Shown: positions 47,049-57,974, counted from the first letter of the stretch. The stretch is DNA of 64,000 nt from an uncultured Bacteroidales bacterium (GCA_964388575.1 CAYMAZ010000002.1:4657-68656), one strand, 5' to 3'. Program-made: numbers and translations. Notes: generated by a model from the sequence alone, not told the origin.

Positions 47049-47708
47049 ATGAATCATCAAACAGCTTTTCTTTCAACATGTCTTTTCCCTCCCATCCCAT
47101 GGATGGCAGCATTGGTTCAATATGAGCAGTGTTACATTGAAATACACGAAACATATCCCAAACAGACGTTCCGGAACAGATATTCAATTCTTTCAGCCAA
47201 CGGGAAGCTTGATCTGATTGTGCCGGTTTCCAAACCCGGCGGCAATCATACGTCCATTTCTGAAGTTCTGGTTTCTTGCCATGAAGATATTTCAGGACAA
47301 CATCTCACCGCTCTTGAAAGTGCATACAGCTCAGCCCCTTTTTTCGAATTTTTCTTTGATGAACTTGTTGAGTTTTACTCTAAGAAGTATCATACGCTGT
47401 TGGAAATGAACCACGCATCTGTACTGTGTGTGTCAGGGATCCTCAGAAAAGAATTTTCGTTCAGACTGACTGAAACCTATGAACATCATGACAAACTGAA
47501 TCCAGAAATTGCAGATTTCAGGCAAAAGATCTCTCCCAAAAATCATTTGTTCCATTCATTTCATACTCCTGAATATTACCAGGTTTTCCTTCAGAAATTT
47601 CCCTTCACTGATAACCTTTCAATTCTCGACCTTATTTTCAATCTCGGAACTGAAACATTATTATATTTGCAGAAATACCCCATTTCAGAATTTTATGAAA
47701 AAACATAA
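47049..47708 (+). CDS. WbqC-family protein
   Basis: 219 aa. The N-terminal pattern FPPIPWMAALVQYEQCYIEIHETYPKQTFRNRYSI is typical of WbqC-like proteins (recollection). Confidence 0.7.
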   Translation: MNHQTAFLSTCLFPPIPWMAALVQYEQCYIEIHETYPKQTFRNRYSILSANGKLDLIVPVSKPGGNHTSISEVLVSCHEDISGQHLTALESAYSSAPFFEFFFDELVEFYSKKYHTLLEMNHASVLCVSGILRKEFSFRLTETYEHHDKLNPEIADFRQKISPKNHLFHSFHTPEYYQVFLQKFPFTDNLSILDLIFNLGTETLLYLQKYPISEFYEKT

Positions 47709-47718
47709 CTGCTGAATT

Positions 47719-48486
47719 ATGGAAGGAATTTGTGTCATTCCTGCAATACCAATGAGAAAAGAACCTTCTCACAGAAGTGAACTTGTCAGTCAGCTTCTGT
47801 TCGGGGATATGTATTCTATTGCTGAACAAACCAGCAACTGGCTGAAGATCAGATCTGCTGATGACCGGTATGAAGGATGGATTGACATGATACAGCATTT
47901 TACACCCGGAACATCCGAACTTGAACGACTCAAAAAAGTAGAGCACTACTTTACAGCTGACCTGACAAATATAATGATCAACATGAATGATGGCACTGAG
48001 TTTTTGCTTTCAGCAGGAAGCAGAATTTACGGAAAACATGAATTTTCAATAGGCGATATAAAGTTTAAATATACCGGACACACTTTTCAGCCTGAGTTTT
48101 CAGATGTCAGAAAATCCATTTTACAGACTGCGCGAAAATTTCTTCATGTACCTTATATCTGGGGAGGAAAGACAACGATGGGTTTGGACTGTAGCGGTTT
48201 TACCCAGATCATATACCGGGTGCACAATATTAATCTTGAAAGGGATGCAGGTCAGCAATGCTCAGACAAACCGAATCTTTCTCTCCGTGAATCAAAACCC
48301 GGCGATCTGGCCTTTTTTGGCGATAATGAGAAAATTACACATGTAGGCATTATTTCAGAAGCAGGAAAGATTATCCATTGCAGTGGAAAAGTCAGAATTG
48401 ACAATCTTGACGAAACAGGAATTTTTCAAACAGACTCAGGTCGATATACACATTATTTGAAGTATGTTAGAAGTGCGTTGGAATAA
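47719..48486 (+). CDS. NlpC/P60 (C40) cell-wall peptidase with an N-terminal SH3-like domain
   Basis: 255 aa with catalytic Cys context GLDCSGFTQIIY and His context ITHVGII. Confidence 0.85.
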   Translation: MEGICVIPAIPMRKEPSHRSELVSQLLFGDMYSIAEQTSNWLKIRSADDRYEGWIDMIQHFTPGTSELERLKKVEHYFTADLTNIMINMNDGTEFLLSAGSRIYGKHEFSIGDIKFKYTGHTFQPEFSDVRKSILQTARKFLHVPYIWGGKTTMGLDCSGFTQIIYRVHNINLERDAGQQCSDKPNLSLRESKPGDLAFFGDNEKITHVGIISEAGKIIHCSGKVRIDNLDETGIFQTDSGRYTHYLKYVRSALE

Positions 48487-48751
48487 AAAACAGGTAATAG
48501 TCAACTTTGCACCTTTGCATCCTTGCAAGCAATTCAAAATAATAAAACATCCCTTTAAATATTTTCCCATTTTATTCTCAGGGTCATAATTATCCGTTTA
48601 TAAACGATTATTTACGTTTATTGCCGAAAGTAAATGGTTAAAGTCCGTTTGGAGTTTGTAGCAAGGCGTAAATTTGCCAACTGAACCAGTAACCGTTTTG
48701 GTTTCGGTTCAGAACAGTCATATTTTTCAAAACCAATTCAAATAAATTCTC

Positions 48752-48759
48752 TAATTTTG
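48752..48759 (+). promoter_or_regulatory. Candidate -7 box (TAATTTTG) for recA
   Basis: Matches TAnnTTTG 21 nt upstream of the recA ATG. Confidence 0.45.
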
Positions 48760-48779
48760 AAACCATAAAACATAGTACA

Positions 48780-49799
48780 ATGAGTAACGACAAAACAAAC
48801 AAAACCAGTGTGAATGACGAAAAACTGAAGGCATTGCAATTCACACTTGACAAACTTGAAAAAACATACGGAAAAGGCACTGTCATGAGGCTGGGAGATA
48901 ATCCTGTTGAGCGCCCCGAAGTGATCCCCTCAGGATCCATATCGCTTGACATAGCCCTTGGTGTTGGAGGATTACCACGTGGAAGGATCATTGAAATCTT
49001 CGGACCTGAATCAAGCGGTAAAACCACACTGGCTCTGCACGCCATTGCTGAAGCTCAGAAGCTTGGCGGACTGGCTGCATTTATTGATGCTGAACATGCC
49101 TTTGATCAGTTTTATGCCAAAAACCTGGGTGTCGATGTTGAAAACCTGCTCGTTTCACAACCTGACAATGGCGAACAGGCACTTGAAATCACAGAAAATC
49201 TCATCCGCTCCGGTGCAATTGACATCATTGTGATTGACTCAGTGGCAGCCCTTACACCAAAAAGCGAAATTGAAGGCGACATGGGTGATTCAAAAATGGG
49301 ATTACATGCACGTCTTATGTCACAAGCTTTAAGGAAACTCACTGCCACAATAAGTAAAACAAAATCTGCCTGCATTTTTATCAACCAGCTGAGAGAGAAA
49401 ATCGGCATCATGTTTGGCAACCCCGAAACAACAACCGGTGGGAATGCATTGAAGTTTTATGCATCCATCAGAATAGACATCAGAAGGATGACTCAGATCA
49501 AGGAAGGTGAAAACGTTCTCGGCAACAGAACAAAGATTAAGGTTGTTAAAAACAAGGTCGCTCCTCCCTTCAAAACTGCTGAAGTTGACATCATCTATGG
49601 AGAAGGGTTTTCCCGCATCGGAGAAATCATCGATCTTGGCGTTGATCTGAACATCATCAAAAAGAGTGGTTCTTGGTTCAGCTATGGTGAAACCAAACTT
49701 GGACAGGGACGTGATGCAGTTAAAACCTTAATTCAGGATAATCCTGAGCTTCAGGATGAACTGGAAAAGACCATCAGAGAGAAACTTACTTTGAAATAA
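48780..49799 (+). CDS. recA: Recombinase A
   Basis: 339 aa with Walker [17 protein letters not shown] and IVIDSVAAL. Confidence 0.97.
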   Translation: MSNDKTNKTSVNDEKLKALQFTLDKLEKTYGKGTVMRLGDNPVERPEVIPSGSISLDIALGVGGLPRGRIIEIFGPESSGKTTLALHAIAEAQKLGGLAAFIDAEHAFDQFYAKNLGVDVENLLVSQPDNGEQALEITENLIRSGAIDIIVIDSVAALTPKSEIEGDMGDSKMGLHARLMSQALRKLTATISKTKSACIFINQLREKIGIMFGNPETTTGGNALKFYASIRIDIRRMTQIKEGENVLGNRTKIKVVKNKVAPPFKTAEVDIIYGEGFSRIGEIIDLGVDLNIIKKSGSWFSYGETKLGQGRDAVKTLIQDNPELQDELEKTIREKLTLK

Positions 49800-49809
49800 T
49801 TTATTACAG

Positions 49810-50820
49810 ATGAAAAAACTGCTTCTACTTATCCCAATTTTCATATTGACTATTGCTTTTTTGCCTTCCTGCAAACAGGAAGGCAAAAAAACAGAAAAAA
49901 CGCAGGAAGAAAATACAGACCCAAGATTAACTGATCTGAACTCTCAGATCGAAAAATCCACTGATGATCATAAACTCCTGCATCAGCGATCACTACTTTA
50001 CCTGGAACTGAAAATGCCCTATGAAGCACTTTCTGATATCAATAAAGCACTTCAGCTGGATCCGCAGAACACCCTTTACACAATTACACTTGCTGACATT
50101 TACTTTTCAATGGGGCATTTTGAAAACTGCCGCAAAGCGCTGATCACAGCCCAGGACAATGACCCCAAAAACACTGAACCCATTTTAAAACTTGCAGAGC
50201 TGGATCTGATCCTGAAAGATTATGAAAAAATGAATTTATACCTCAATAAAGCACTGGAAATTGACAAAACCAACGCCCAGGTCTTTTTCATGAGAGGTGT
50301 TGCTCTGAAAGAACAGGGCGATTCAACAGAAGCTCTGAGACAGTTTCATCTGGCAACAACCTATAATCCTGAATACTACAATGCTTTTGTCGAAGCAGGT
50401 ATTCTCGCCTCTGAACTTAAAAGACCAATTGCCGAAGAATATCTTAATACAGCCCTTAACCTTAAACCCGCAAGTGTTGAAGCCCGATATGCAAAAGCAA
50501 TGTATTTTCAGAACAGGGGAATGCTCAATGAAGCTCTGCAGGAATATTACAATATCCTGGCATTAGACAAAAATAATGCAAATGCACATTTTAATCTCGG
50601 ATACATCCACTTGGTTGACCTTAAGTTATATAACCAGGCAATAATTCATTTCACTGATGCAATCAAAGCAGATCCGGGGTATGCTGAAGCATACTATAAC
50701 CGGGGATATTGTTATGAACTGCTCGGAAATGTTGAAGCAGCCAAACGTGACTACCAGGAAGCCCTTGCCATTAGGACAAATTATCAAAAAGCAATTGATG
50801 GCTTAAACAGAATTCAGTAA
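49810..50820 (+). CDS. Tetratricopeptide-repeat lipoprotein
   Basis: 336 aa with a lipobox (AFLPSC). Multiple TPR units are present (AxxYxNxGxxY patterns, e.g. AEAYYNRGYCYELLGN). Confidence 0.8.
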   Translation: MKKLLLLIPIFILTIAFLPSCKQEGKKTEKTQEENTDPRLTDLNSQIEKSTDDHKLLHQRSLLYLELKMPYEALSDINKALQLDPQNTLYTITLADIYFSMGHFENCRKALITAQDNDPKNTEPILKLAELDLILKDYEKMNLYLNKALEIDKTNAQVFFMRGVALKEQGDSTEALRQFHLATTYNPEYYNAFVEAGILASELKRPIAEEYLNTALNLKPASVEARYAKAMYFQNRGMLNEALQEYYNILALDKNNANAHFNLGYIHLVDLKLYNQAIIHFTDAIKADPGYAEAYYNRGYCYELLGNVEAAKRDYQEALAIRTNYQKAIDGLNRIQ

Positions 50821-50855
50821 ATTAATGTTATTTACCTCTATAAAATCTACACCTT

Positions 50856-52955
50856 ATGAAAAGAAATAATCTGATATTCTTTATTTTTGTGATCTTTATT
50901 ACATATTCATGCAGGGAAACAAAAAAAACAGACGAACCGGCAGTGATCACGCAACACGTTCCAGAAATTCAAAACGGATTAATGACCCCTGAAGCGCTTT
51001 GGTACTTTGGACGTATCGGAGAGTACTGCATCTCACCTGATGAAAAGAAAGTCGCATTGACTGTGACATTTTATGACATAAACCAAAATAAAGGGAACAG
51101 GGAGATTTTCATCATTGACCTTGAAACTTCTGAAAAAACACAGCTGACATCAACAACTTCCGGCGAGTTCAATATTGAATGGAAACCAGACAGTGAAACG
51201 ATAGGATATCTTTATCCTGATGAAAATGGAGTACCCCAGTTGTTTGAAGTTAAAACAGATGCCTGCTGCAGAACACCACGGCAAATTTCCTTTATTGAAG
51301 GCGGAATTGGTGGATTCAGCTATTCTCCCGATATGAAAAACATTCTTTATCTCAGTGATGTTCCCAAAACCCCTGCAACAACCGAACTTCATCCTGATAT
51401 GCCTCAGGCAAATGTCAGAATAATTGATGAACTGATGTACAGACACTGGGATCATTGGGTTCAAAGCTATACACATATTTATGTTGCAACCTACAGTGAC
51501 AAAATCGCTGAAGGAACAGACATCATGAAAGATGAACCCTGGGAGTCACCTGTGCGCCCCTTCGGTGGGATGGAACAGATTACATGGAGTCCCGATGGGA
51601 AATCAATCGTTTATACATGTCGGAAACTGATTGGTGTTCAATACAGTAAATCCACAAATACAGATCTGTATCAGTACGATATTGAAACCGGACAAACCAC
51701 AAACCTGACTGAAGGGTTGTTGGGATATGATATGAACCCTATCTTTTCTCAGGACGGTTCAAAACTCGCATGGGAAAGTATGGAACGTGATGTGTATGAG
51801 GCTGACAAACACAGATTATTTGTTCTCGACCTCAAAACCGGTGAGAAATCCTATCTGACGAACAATTTTGATGCGAACGTCTATAATATGACATGGAGCA
51901 AAGATTCCAAAACAATATATTTTACAACAGACTGGTTCGGATCTAAGGAGATTTTCTCAATTTCCACTGAAGGTGGCGAACCTGTCAGAATTACAGAAGG
52001 AGTTCATGATTATGTAAGTATTGCTGTTGCAGGGAACAGCCTGGTCGCAATGAAACAAAGTATGTCAAAACCTGCTGAATTGTACAAAGTTGATACAGGT
52101 TCAGGAAAAGACGAAGAAATTTCATTCATAAACGAAGAGTTACTGTCAAAACTTCGGATGGGAAATGTGGAAAAACGAATGATCAAAACTACTGACGGGA
52201 AAGATATGCTCACCTGGATCATTTATCCACCTGATTTTGATCCTGCAAAAAAATATCCCACATTATTATACTGCCAGGGTGGCCCCCAGGGCATGGTGAG
52301 TCAGTTCTGGTCTTACCGCTGGAATTTTCAGATCATGGCAGCACACGGATACATCATTGTTGCACCCAACAGAAGAGGGCTCACCGGCTTCGGAATGGAG
52401 TGGCTTGAGCAAATAAGCGGCGACTACGGTGGGCAAAATATTAAGGATTATCTGAGTGCAATTGATGAAATGGCAAAAGAACCATTTGTTGATGAAACCA
52501 GACTTGGTGCAGTCGGAGCCAGCTACGGCGGCTATTCGGTCTTCCATCTTGCAGGTATGCACAATAAACGTTTTAAAGCATTTATCGCACATTCAGGAAT
52601 ATTCAACTTTGATGCCCAGTATCTGGAAACAGAAGAATTGTGGTTCCCCGACTGGGACTACGGCGGAGCATACTGGGAAACTGAAAAACCGAATGTAATA
52701 AGATCATATTCAGCTTCTCCACACCTGATGGTTCAGAACTGGGACACACCAATACTGATTATTCATGGTGAGAGAGATTATAGAATTTCTTATACACAAA
52801 GTATGCAGGCATTTAATGCAGCCCAAATATTAGGAGTGCCATCAAAACTTATTCTCTTTCCTGATGAAAATCACTGGATATTAAAACCTCAGAATGCCGT
52901 TGTCTGGCAACGTGAATTTTTCTCATGGCTTGATACATATTTGAAAACGGAATAA
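50856..52955 (+). CDS. S9-family serine peptidase (prolyl oligopeptidase / dipeptidyl-peptidase type) with an N-terminal beta-propeller
   Basis: 699 aa with a lipoprotein-like N-terminus. Triad contexts: GASYGGY (Ser), HGERDYR (Asp), DENHW (His). Confidence 0.88.
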   Translation: MKRNNLIFFIFVIFITYSCRETKKTDEPAVITQHVPEIQNGLMTPEALWYFGRIGEYCISPDEKKVALTVTFYDINQNKGNREIFIIDLETSEKTQLTSTTSGEFNIEWKPDSETIGYLYPDENGVPQLFEVKTDACCRTPRQISFIEGGIGGFSYSPDMKNILYLSDVPKTPATTELHPDMPQANVRIIDELMYRHWDHWVQSYTHIYVATYSDKIAEGTDIMKDEPWESPVRPFGGMEQITWSPDGKSIVYTCRKLIGVQYSKSTNTDLYQYDIETGQTTNLTEGLLGYDMNPIFSQDGSKLAWESMERDVYEADKHRLFVLDLKTGEKSYLTNNFDANVYNMTWSKDSKTIYFTTDWFGSKEIFSISTEGGEPVRITEGVHDYVSIAVAGNSLVAMKQSMSKPAELYKVDTGSGKDEEISFINEELLSKLRMGNVEKRMIKTTDGKDMLTWIIYPPDFDPAKKYPTLLYCQGGPQGMVSQFWSYRWNFQIMAAHGYIIVAPNRRGLTGFGMEWLEQISGDYGGQNIKDYLSAIDEMAKEPFVDETRLGAVGASYGGYSVFHLAGMHNKRFKAFIAHSGIFNFDAQYLETEELWFPDWDYGGAYWETEKPNVIRSYSASPHLMVQNWDTPILIIHGERDYRISYTQSMQAFNAAQILGVPSKLILFPDENHWILKPQNAVVWQREFFSWLDTYLKTE

Positions 52956-52975
52956 CGTTCAATTCCTGAGATCAT

Positions 52976-53854
52976 TTATTCCATAACATGCGATTTCAGT
53001 TCCTCAATTTCCTGATATTTTTCTTTATCATTGAGTTTTTTATATGAATAGGACAAGTTGTTCAAAACTCTGATAATGATATCTGGATTGCTGCAGGGTG
53101 AAAAATATTCCGGTTTTTCTTCAACTTTGAGCTGCTGAAGAAAGTTAGACAACTGAACTTTTGTAAATAAGTTTCCATTTGAAAAAGCATTGATGTAAAA
53201 AAGTGGTTCCCCTGTAGGAATAAATGGTAAACTATCTTCATCACCTTCATTCACAACAACACATACAAAATGTTCGGGAACGTTCGCACCATATACGGGC
53301 AAGCCAAGATTTTGTGCAATGATCATATATACACTGGCCATTAGTATCGGGTTTCCTGTTTTTTTTTCCAATACCTGATTGATGTATGAATTGGAAGGAT
53401 GATGAAAGTCTGTTCTGTTTGCACTAAAACCGTGAACATCATAAAAAACATGATTAAAAACTTTGATCTTCTCAAGTAAAGTGAGTCGGCTGTTCATCTC
53501 AATCCATATATCATGCTGAATTTCTGCAATATACTGTTTTACAGTGATCAATTCCAAATCCGGATAATGATATCTTGCTATGAGATATAGCCCGTGCATC
53601 AGATTTTTTGCACCCATTTTTTTCCACACAACAAGCTCATCTTTAACATATCCCATATTGATCTGACCTATCACCCTTTTTAAACGTCTCTGAACTAGAT
53701 CACGAAATGAATTCTCAAGTGTTTCCCTTAACAATGGTAAAATATCAATTCCATGTTCAAGAATGCGTTCTTCAATGATCGAATACATCTCATCATCCGG
53801 CTCATCAATCAGACGAACTAAAGCCTGCAATTCATTCATTTTTTTATGTTCCAC
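52976..53854 (-). CDS. Transglutaminase-like (SirB1-type) family protein
   Basis: 292 aa. The pattern GNPILMASVYMIIAQNLGLPVYGANVPEHF resembles the Transglut_core2/SirB1 N-terminal family (recollection). Confidence 0.6.
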   Translation of the reverse strand: MEHKKMNELQALVRLIDEPDDEMYSIIEERILEHGIDILPLLRETLENSFRDLVQRRLKRVIGQINMGYVKDELVVWKKMGAKNLMHGLYLIARYHYPDLELITVKQYIAEIQHDIWIEMNSRLTLLEKIKVFNHVFYDVHGFSANRTDFHHPSNSYINQVLEKKTGNPILMASVYMIIAQNLGLPVYGANVPEHFVCVVVNEGDEDSLPFIPTGEPLFYINAFSNGNLFTKVQLSNFLQQLKVEEKPEYFSPCSNPDIIIRVLNNLSYSYKKLNDKEKYQEIEELKSHVME

Positions 53855-53858
53855 TTCT

Positions 53859-54731
53859 CTAACATGTTAAATTGTGTAAGATTTCCTCAATGAGATGTTT
53901 CATCTTTACCTTATAATCTTTAGCAAACTGACCTGAAGCTCTGTTTGCAATAATTAAACAGACTGTAAGCATTTCATGTTCCATCAAACGACCCAGTCCG
54001 TATAATGCAGATGTCTCCATTTCAAAATTTGCAATATGCATAGAATTATATCTGAACTGTACAATTTTTTCCTGTAGTTCGGGAAATGCAGGATGCAAAA
54101 ACAGATCTCTGAATTGAGGGCCATAAAACCCTGGTGAAGTAATGGTAATGCCCTGAATATAGCTTCTTCCAACTTTCTGTAGTAGTTTTTCTGATCCATA
54201 GACAGAATAAGGACGACTCAGTATTTCTGGCCATTTTGTGAATTTTGTAAATTCAAGTGCAAGTGGACTATTTATCAGTTCATCTCCTTTTTTGTAAAAG
54301 TTAAGAACGCTGTCAATACCAATGGCAGCAACAGAAGCCACAGCAGATTCAACAGGTATTTCCCTCTGTAATGCCCCTGAAGTTCCAATGCGAACTATGT
54401 TCAGCTTCCTAGGATGCTCTAGAAGCTTCTTTGTCAGGATGTCCCACGTAGCAAGCACATGTATTTCATTTAAACAAATGTCAATATTGTCAGGCCCCAT
54501 GCCTGTAGACATGACTGTGACTCGTTTTCCTCCATACCAACCTGTATGTGTAACAATTTCTCTGTTCTGTACCTGTATATCAGTTTTTTCAAACATCGCT
54601 GAAATCATCGAAACCCGCCCCGGATCACCGACAACGATTATATTGTTGGCAAGTTGATCGGCATGAAGTTTAAGATGATATACACTTTGATCAGGGTTTA
54701 ATACCAGTTCTGAATCTTTGAAATCTTTCAT
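53859..54731 (-). CDS. Nucleoside phosphorylase (PNP/UDP family 1)
   Basis: 290 aa with VVGDPGR, STGMG, RIGTSGAL and FEMET contexts. Confidence 0.78.
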   Translation of the reverse strand: MKDFKDSELVLNPDQSVYHLKLHADQLANNIIVVGDPGRVSMISAMFEKTDIQVQNREIVTHTGWYGGKRVTVMSTGMGPDNIDICLNEIHVLATWDILTKKLLEHPRKLNIVRIGTSGALQREIPVESAVASVAAIGIDSVLNFYKKGDELINSPLALEFTKFTKWPEILSRPYSVYGSEKLLQKVGRSYIQGITITSPGFYGPQFRDLFLHPAFPELQEKIVQFRYNSMHIANFEMETSALYGLGRLMEHEMLTVCLIIANRASGQFAKDYKVKMKHLIEEILHNLTC

Positions 54732-54991
54732 ATGTTTATTTTTTTCTTTCTACAAATTTACGAAATTTAATGTAAGTAAATTTTTCTCAGTTAATGACTC
54801 TCCCAATAAGATAAATGAAGAATACTTGCATATTTTTTGTCACATTTCATGTTCATTTTGCCATTATTTTTTTCAAAATTTCATAATCCTTTTCTAAAAT
54901 AAGTAATTTCATTGTATTTGATTATCAGGAGGTTTCATTCACAAAGATTTGTTTTTCAAGATATTTTGTATCTTTACCAAAAATTTCAAAC

Positions 54992-55810
54992 ATGAAAAAC
55001 ATATTTTTTATTACAATTGTATTCTTACTGTTCAATCAACTCTTTGCGTTAAATCCTGTTAGGGAGTATGCTTACAAACCTTCTGATTTTGGACTGAGTT
55101 ATGAAGAAGTCACAATTCAGACTGAAGATAACCTGAATCTGAAGGGATGGCTTTTTACTCCCAAATCGACTTCCTACAGAATGGTAATCATTAGTCATGA
55201 CGGGGAAGGAAACATGTCAAAAATGATTGAAATAGCATCTCAGTTCACAAGCATCGGATTCAACGTTCTAACATACGACTACAGAGGATATGGTGAAAGT
55301 GATGATTTTGATATCAACAGCAATTTTTATATTTACGCTCAGTTTGAAAAAGATCTGAATGCTGCAATAGATTATGTCAGAAGATATCACTCCAAAAACA
55401 GGAATATCAACCTTTACGGAACCGGCATCGGAGCATCAATGTCACTGAGTATAGGAGCTATCCGCTGCGATCATATCAGTAAAATCATAGCTGATTCACC
55501 ATATCTGACATTAGAAGATGTGAAATCAACTATTAAAGCCCAATACGGCACAGACGTTATGCTACCTCTGGGATATGACAAATTATTACTGGAACCAAAG
55601 TTTGCACTTTCTGCAAAAGGTGCAAGCCTCAATGGCATCCTTCTGATTGCCGGGGACAAGGATCCTGTATATACTGTAAAAGTTGCAAGAGAAATTGCCA
55701 AAATCAGGAGTAAAATCACATCTTTAATTGTTGTAAAAGGGGCAACAATTGAAACAACTTTTTCGACTGACAAAAATGAATATTTTAAACAAATTAAGAA
55801 TTTTTTATAA
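54992..55810 (+). CDS. Alpha/beta-fold hydrolase, secreted
   Basis: 272 aa with a signal peptide. The nucleophile-elbow-like motif is GTGIGAS. Also present: GDKDPV. Confidence 0.65.
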   Translation: MKNIFFITIVFLLFNQLFALNPVREYAYKPSDFGLSYEEVTIQTEDNLNLKGWLFTPKSTSYRMVIISHDGEGNMSKMIEIASQFTSIGFNVLTYDYRGYGESDDFDINSNFYIYAQFEKDLNAAIDYVRRYHSKNRNINLYGTGIGASMSLSIGAIRCDHISKIIADSPYLTLEDVKSTIKAQYGTDVMLPLGYDKLLLEPKFALSAKGASLNGILLIAGDKDPVYTVKVAREIAKIRSKITSLIVVKGATIETTFSTDKNEYFKQIKNFL

Positions 55811-55825
55811 ATATCCGGAATCCCT

Positions 55826-56743
55826 TTGAAAAACCAGAGAGTTCAGTTTTTAATAGTCTTTTGTCTTTACTCTTCAGTTTTGATTTCACAAAATCAGGAT
55901 TCCATAATTCATGCACCATGTTATAAAAAACAGGTTGTCACCCTTGGAGCAACAGGCGCTGTCTATTCCGGAGGAATGTTCCTTTTACATCAACTTTGGT
56001 ATAAAGACTATCCGCGTTCATCATTTCACTTTTTCAATGACAACAGAGAATGGCTTCAAATGGATAAAGCCGGACATGTATATTCAGCTTATCACCTTTC
56101 AGAACTTGCATACAGAGCTGCACGATATTCATGTCTTCCTGAAAAACAATCCACATGGGGCAGCACAGGTTTTGCAATGCTCTTTCTTACAACTGTTGAA
56201 ATTTTTGACGGGTTTTCAACCGAATGGGGCGCATCAACAGGTGATATCATAGCAAATACTACAGGAACAGCCCTGTTTGCAGGACAGCAACTTCTTTGGA
56301 AAGAACAGAAATTTAGATTGAAATTTTCCTACTATCCAGGAAAATACGCAAAATACAGGCCCAATGTACTTGGGAACTCTCCAATTACAAGAATACTCAA
56401 AGATTACAACGCACAAACCTACTGGTTGTCATTCAGTCCAGGAACATTCTTCAAAAAAGGAACAATGACATGGCCTGACTGGTTATGTTTATCATTGGGG
56501 TACAGCGGTGACGGAATGCTGGGTGGACATGAAAACCCAACTGAAATCAATGGTCAAGTATTACCAGAATTTAACAGGCAACGCCAGTTCTATTTTTCTC
56601 TTGATCTGAATTTATCAGAAATCCAGACACAGTCAAAAGTTATGAAAACACTTTTTTCTGCATTTAACACAATCAAAATTCCATTTCCTGCAGTCTCATT
56701 TCAAACAAACGATCAGTTCAATTTTCACTTGATCCATTTCTGA
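55826..56743 (+). CDS. DUF2279-like (YfiM-like) outer-membrane/lipoprotein family protein
   Basis: 305 aa with a TTG start at 55826. The DKAGHVYSAYHLS motif is recalled from the DUF2279 family. Confidence 0.6.
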   Translation: MKNQRVQFLIVFCLYSSVLISQNQDSIIHAPCYKKQVVTLGATGAVYSGGMFLLHQLWYKDYPRSSFHFFNDNREWLQMDKAGHVYSAYHLSELAYRAARYSCLPEKQSTWGSTGFAMLFLTTVEIFDGFSTEWGASTGDIIANTTGTALFAGQQLLWKEQKFRLKFSYYPGKYAKYRPNVLGNSPITRILKDYNAQTYWLSFSPGTFFKKGTMTWPDWLCLSLGYSGDGMLGGHENPTEINGQVLPEFNRQRQFYFSLDLNLSEIQTQSKVMKTLFSAFNTIKIPFPAVSFQTNDQFNFHLIHF

Positions 56744-56800
56744 GAAAATATTTCTTTTTTTACTTTTTTTTAGCATTCATTAAAATATTATTCATAAAAA

Positions 56801-56820
56801 AAGGAGCGATCTGCTCCTTT
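56801..56820. terminator. Bidirectional terminator hairpin between convergent genes
   Basis: AAGGAGC-gatct-GCTCCTT, flanked by an A-run and a T-rich run. Confidence 0.6.
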
Positions 56821-56840
56821 CAAAATTCACTTATGAATTT

Positions 56841-57269
56841 CTATTTCATAATTTTCAAATGCTTTGCATAAATGAAAATAAACAATATGCTCACCAAAAG
56901 ATAGACGAGGGCCCCAAAAGTAAACGCTGATGTAAGACCGAGAACCTGAAATATCAGCATCAACCCGTTGGGAATTATGTATAATATAAAGCCTGCCTTT
57001 TTCAGACTAAACATCATGATTGCACCCAATAATGACATCCCCCACAAAATCAGCATTATTACAAATACAATAACAATATAAGACCCTGATAATGCTCCCA
57101 ACCCTTGTACGGCATCATCAATCAGATTGACAATTGTACCTGAGGCCAGAATGCCCACCAAAGATAAGATTGACATTAAACCACTCCAGATACAGGTTAA
57201 TACCAGAAACGTGGTTAAAATTGAAGGTCTTTCCTGTTTAACAGGCTGAATCGTGTTCATTTCTTCCAT
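56841..57269 (-). CDS. Small integral membrane protein (about 4 TM), function unknown
   Basis: 142 aa with four hydrophobic segments. No motif was recognised. Confidence 0.5.
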   Translation of the reverse strand: MEEMNTIQPVKQERPSILTTFLVLTCIWSGLMSILSLVGILASGTIVNLIDDAVQGLGALSGSYIVIVFVIMLILWGMSLLGAIMMFSLKKAGFILYIIPNGLMLIFQVLGLTSAFTFGALVYLLVSILFIFIYAKHLKIMK

Positions 57270-57416
57270 ACTTATGAATTTTAAGGATTAATAATTGGCA
57301 AAAATAAAACAGAAATCTTGCGGAAACAAATTTTTATTATTAAATGTTATGAACTGTAATAATTTTGCAACAATTTCGAAATAAGAGAAGATCAAATACA
57401 GTGTGTCTGTCACCAA

Positions 57417-57815
57417 CTAAAGATAGTCCTTCAAAGTCTGACTTTGAAAGTATTCTTTAATTTCAGAAGTGACCTTTTGCATAACATTATTCAAAATACA
57501 CTTTGAAAAAGGGCAAATGTGCTTATCGCTGGGACACTCGCTAATCGTAATTTTTCCCTCAATGGCTTCGTACACTTCCAGAAGTGTGATTTGTTCAGGC
57601 TTACGCGCCAGGACAAAACCACCTGAAGGACCACGTAAGGATTTAACCAATCCTAGTTTGGCAAGTGTAAGCATTACTTTAGCAAGGTGATTTCTGCTTG
57701 AATCAGTCATTTCGGCAATCTGACTGGCATTAATTATCTTCTCACTCCTGGCAATGATCACCATTGCATGTATACCCAAGGATGCTGCTTCAGATAATTG
57801 TACAATATTTGACAT
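57417..57815 (-). CDS. Rrf2-family transcriptional regulator (Fe-S cluster-binding type)
   Basis: 132 aa with an N-terminal wHTH (IAEMTDSSRNHLAKVMLTLAKLGLV). The three-Cys cluster reads CPSDKHICPFSKC. Confidence 0.87.
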   Translation of the reverse strand: MSNIVQLSEAASLGIHAMVIIARSEKIINASQIAEMTDSSRNHLAKVMLTLAKLGLVKSLRGPSGGFVLARKPEQITLLEVYEAIEGKITISECPSDKHICPFSKCILNNVMQKVTSEIKEYFQSQTLKDYL

Positions 57816-57974
57816 ATAAATAATTTAACTATTCAACGCAAAAATACCTAAATTTTCATTTGTATAATAAGATTCTAAAAAGTTTTGTCAGGTACTGATC
57901 GAATTCTGTTGAGTCAGCAAAAAAGAAAATTCAAATAAATCAGATTTTGTCAGGAACAACCATACAAAAAGTGT

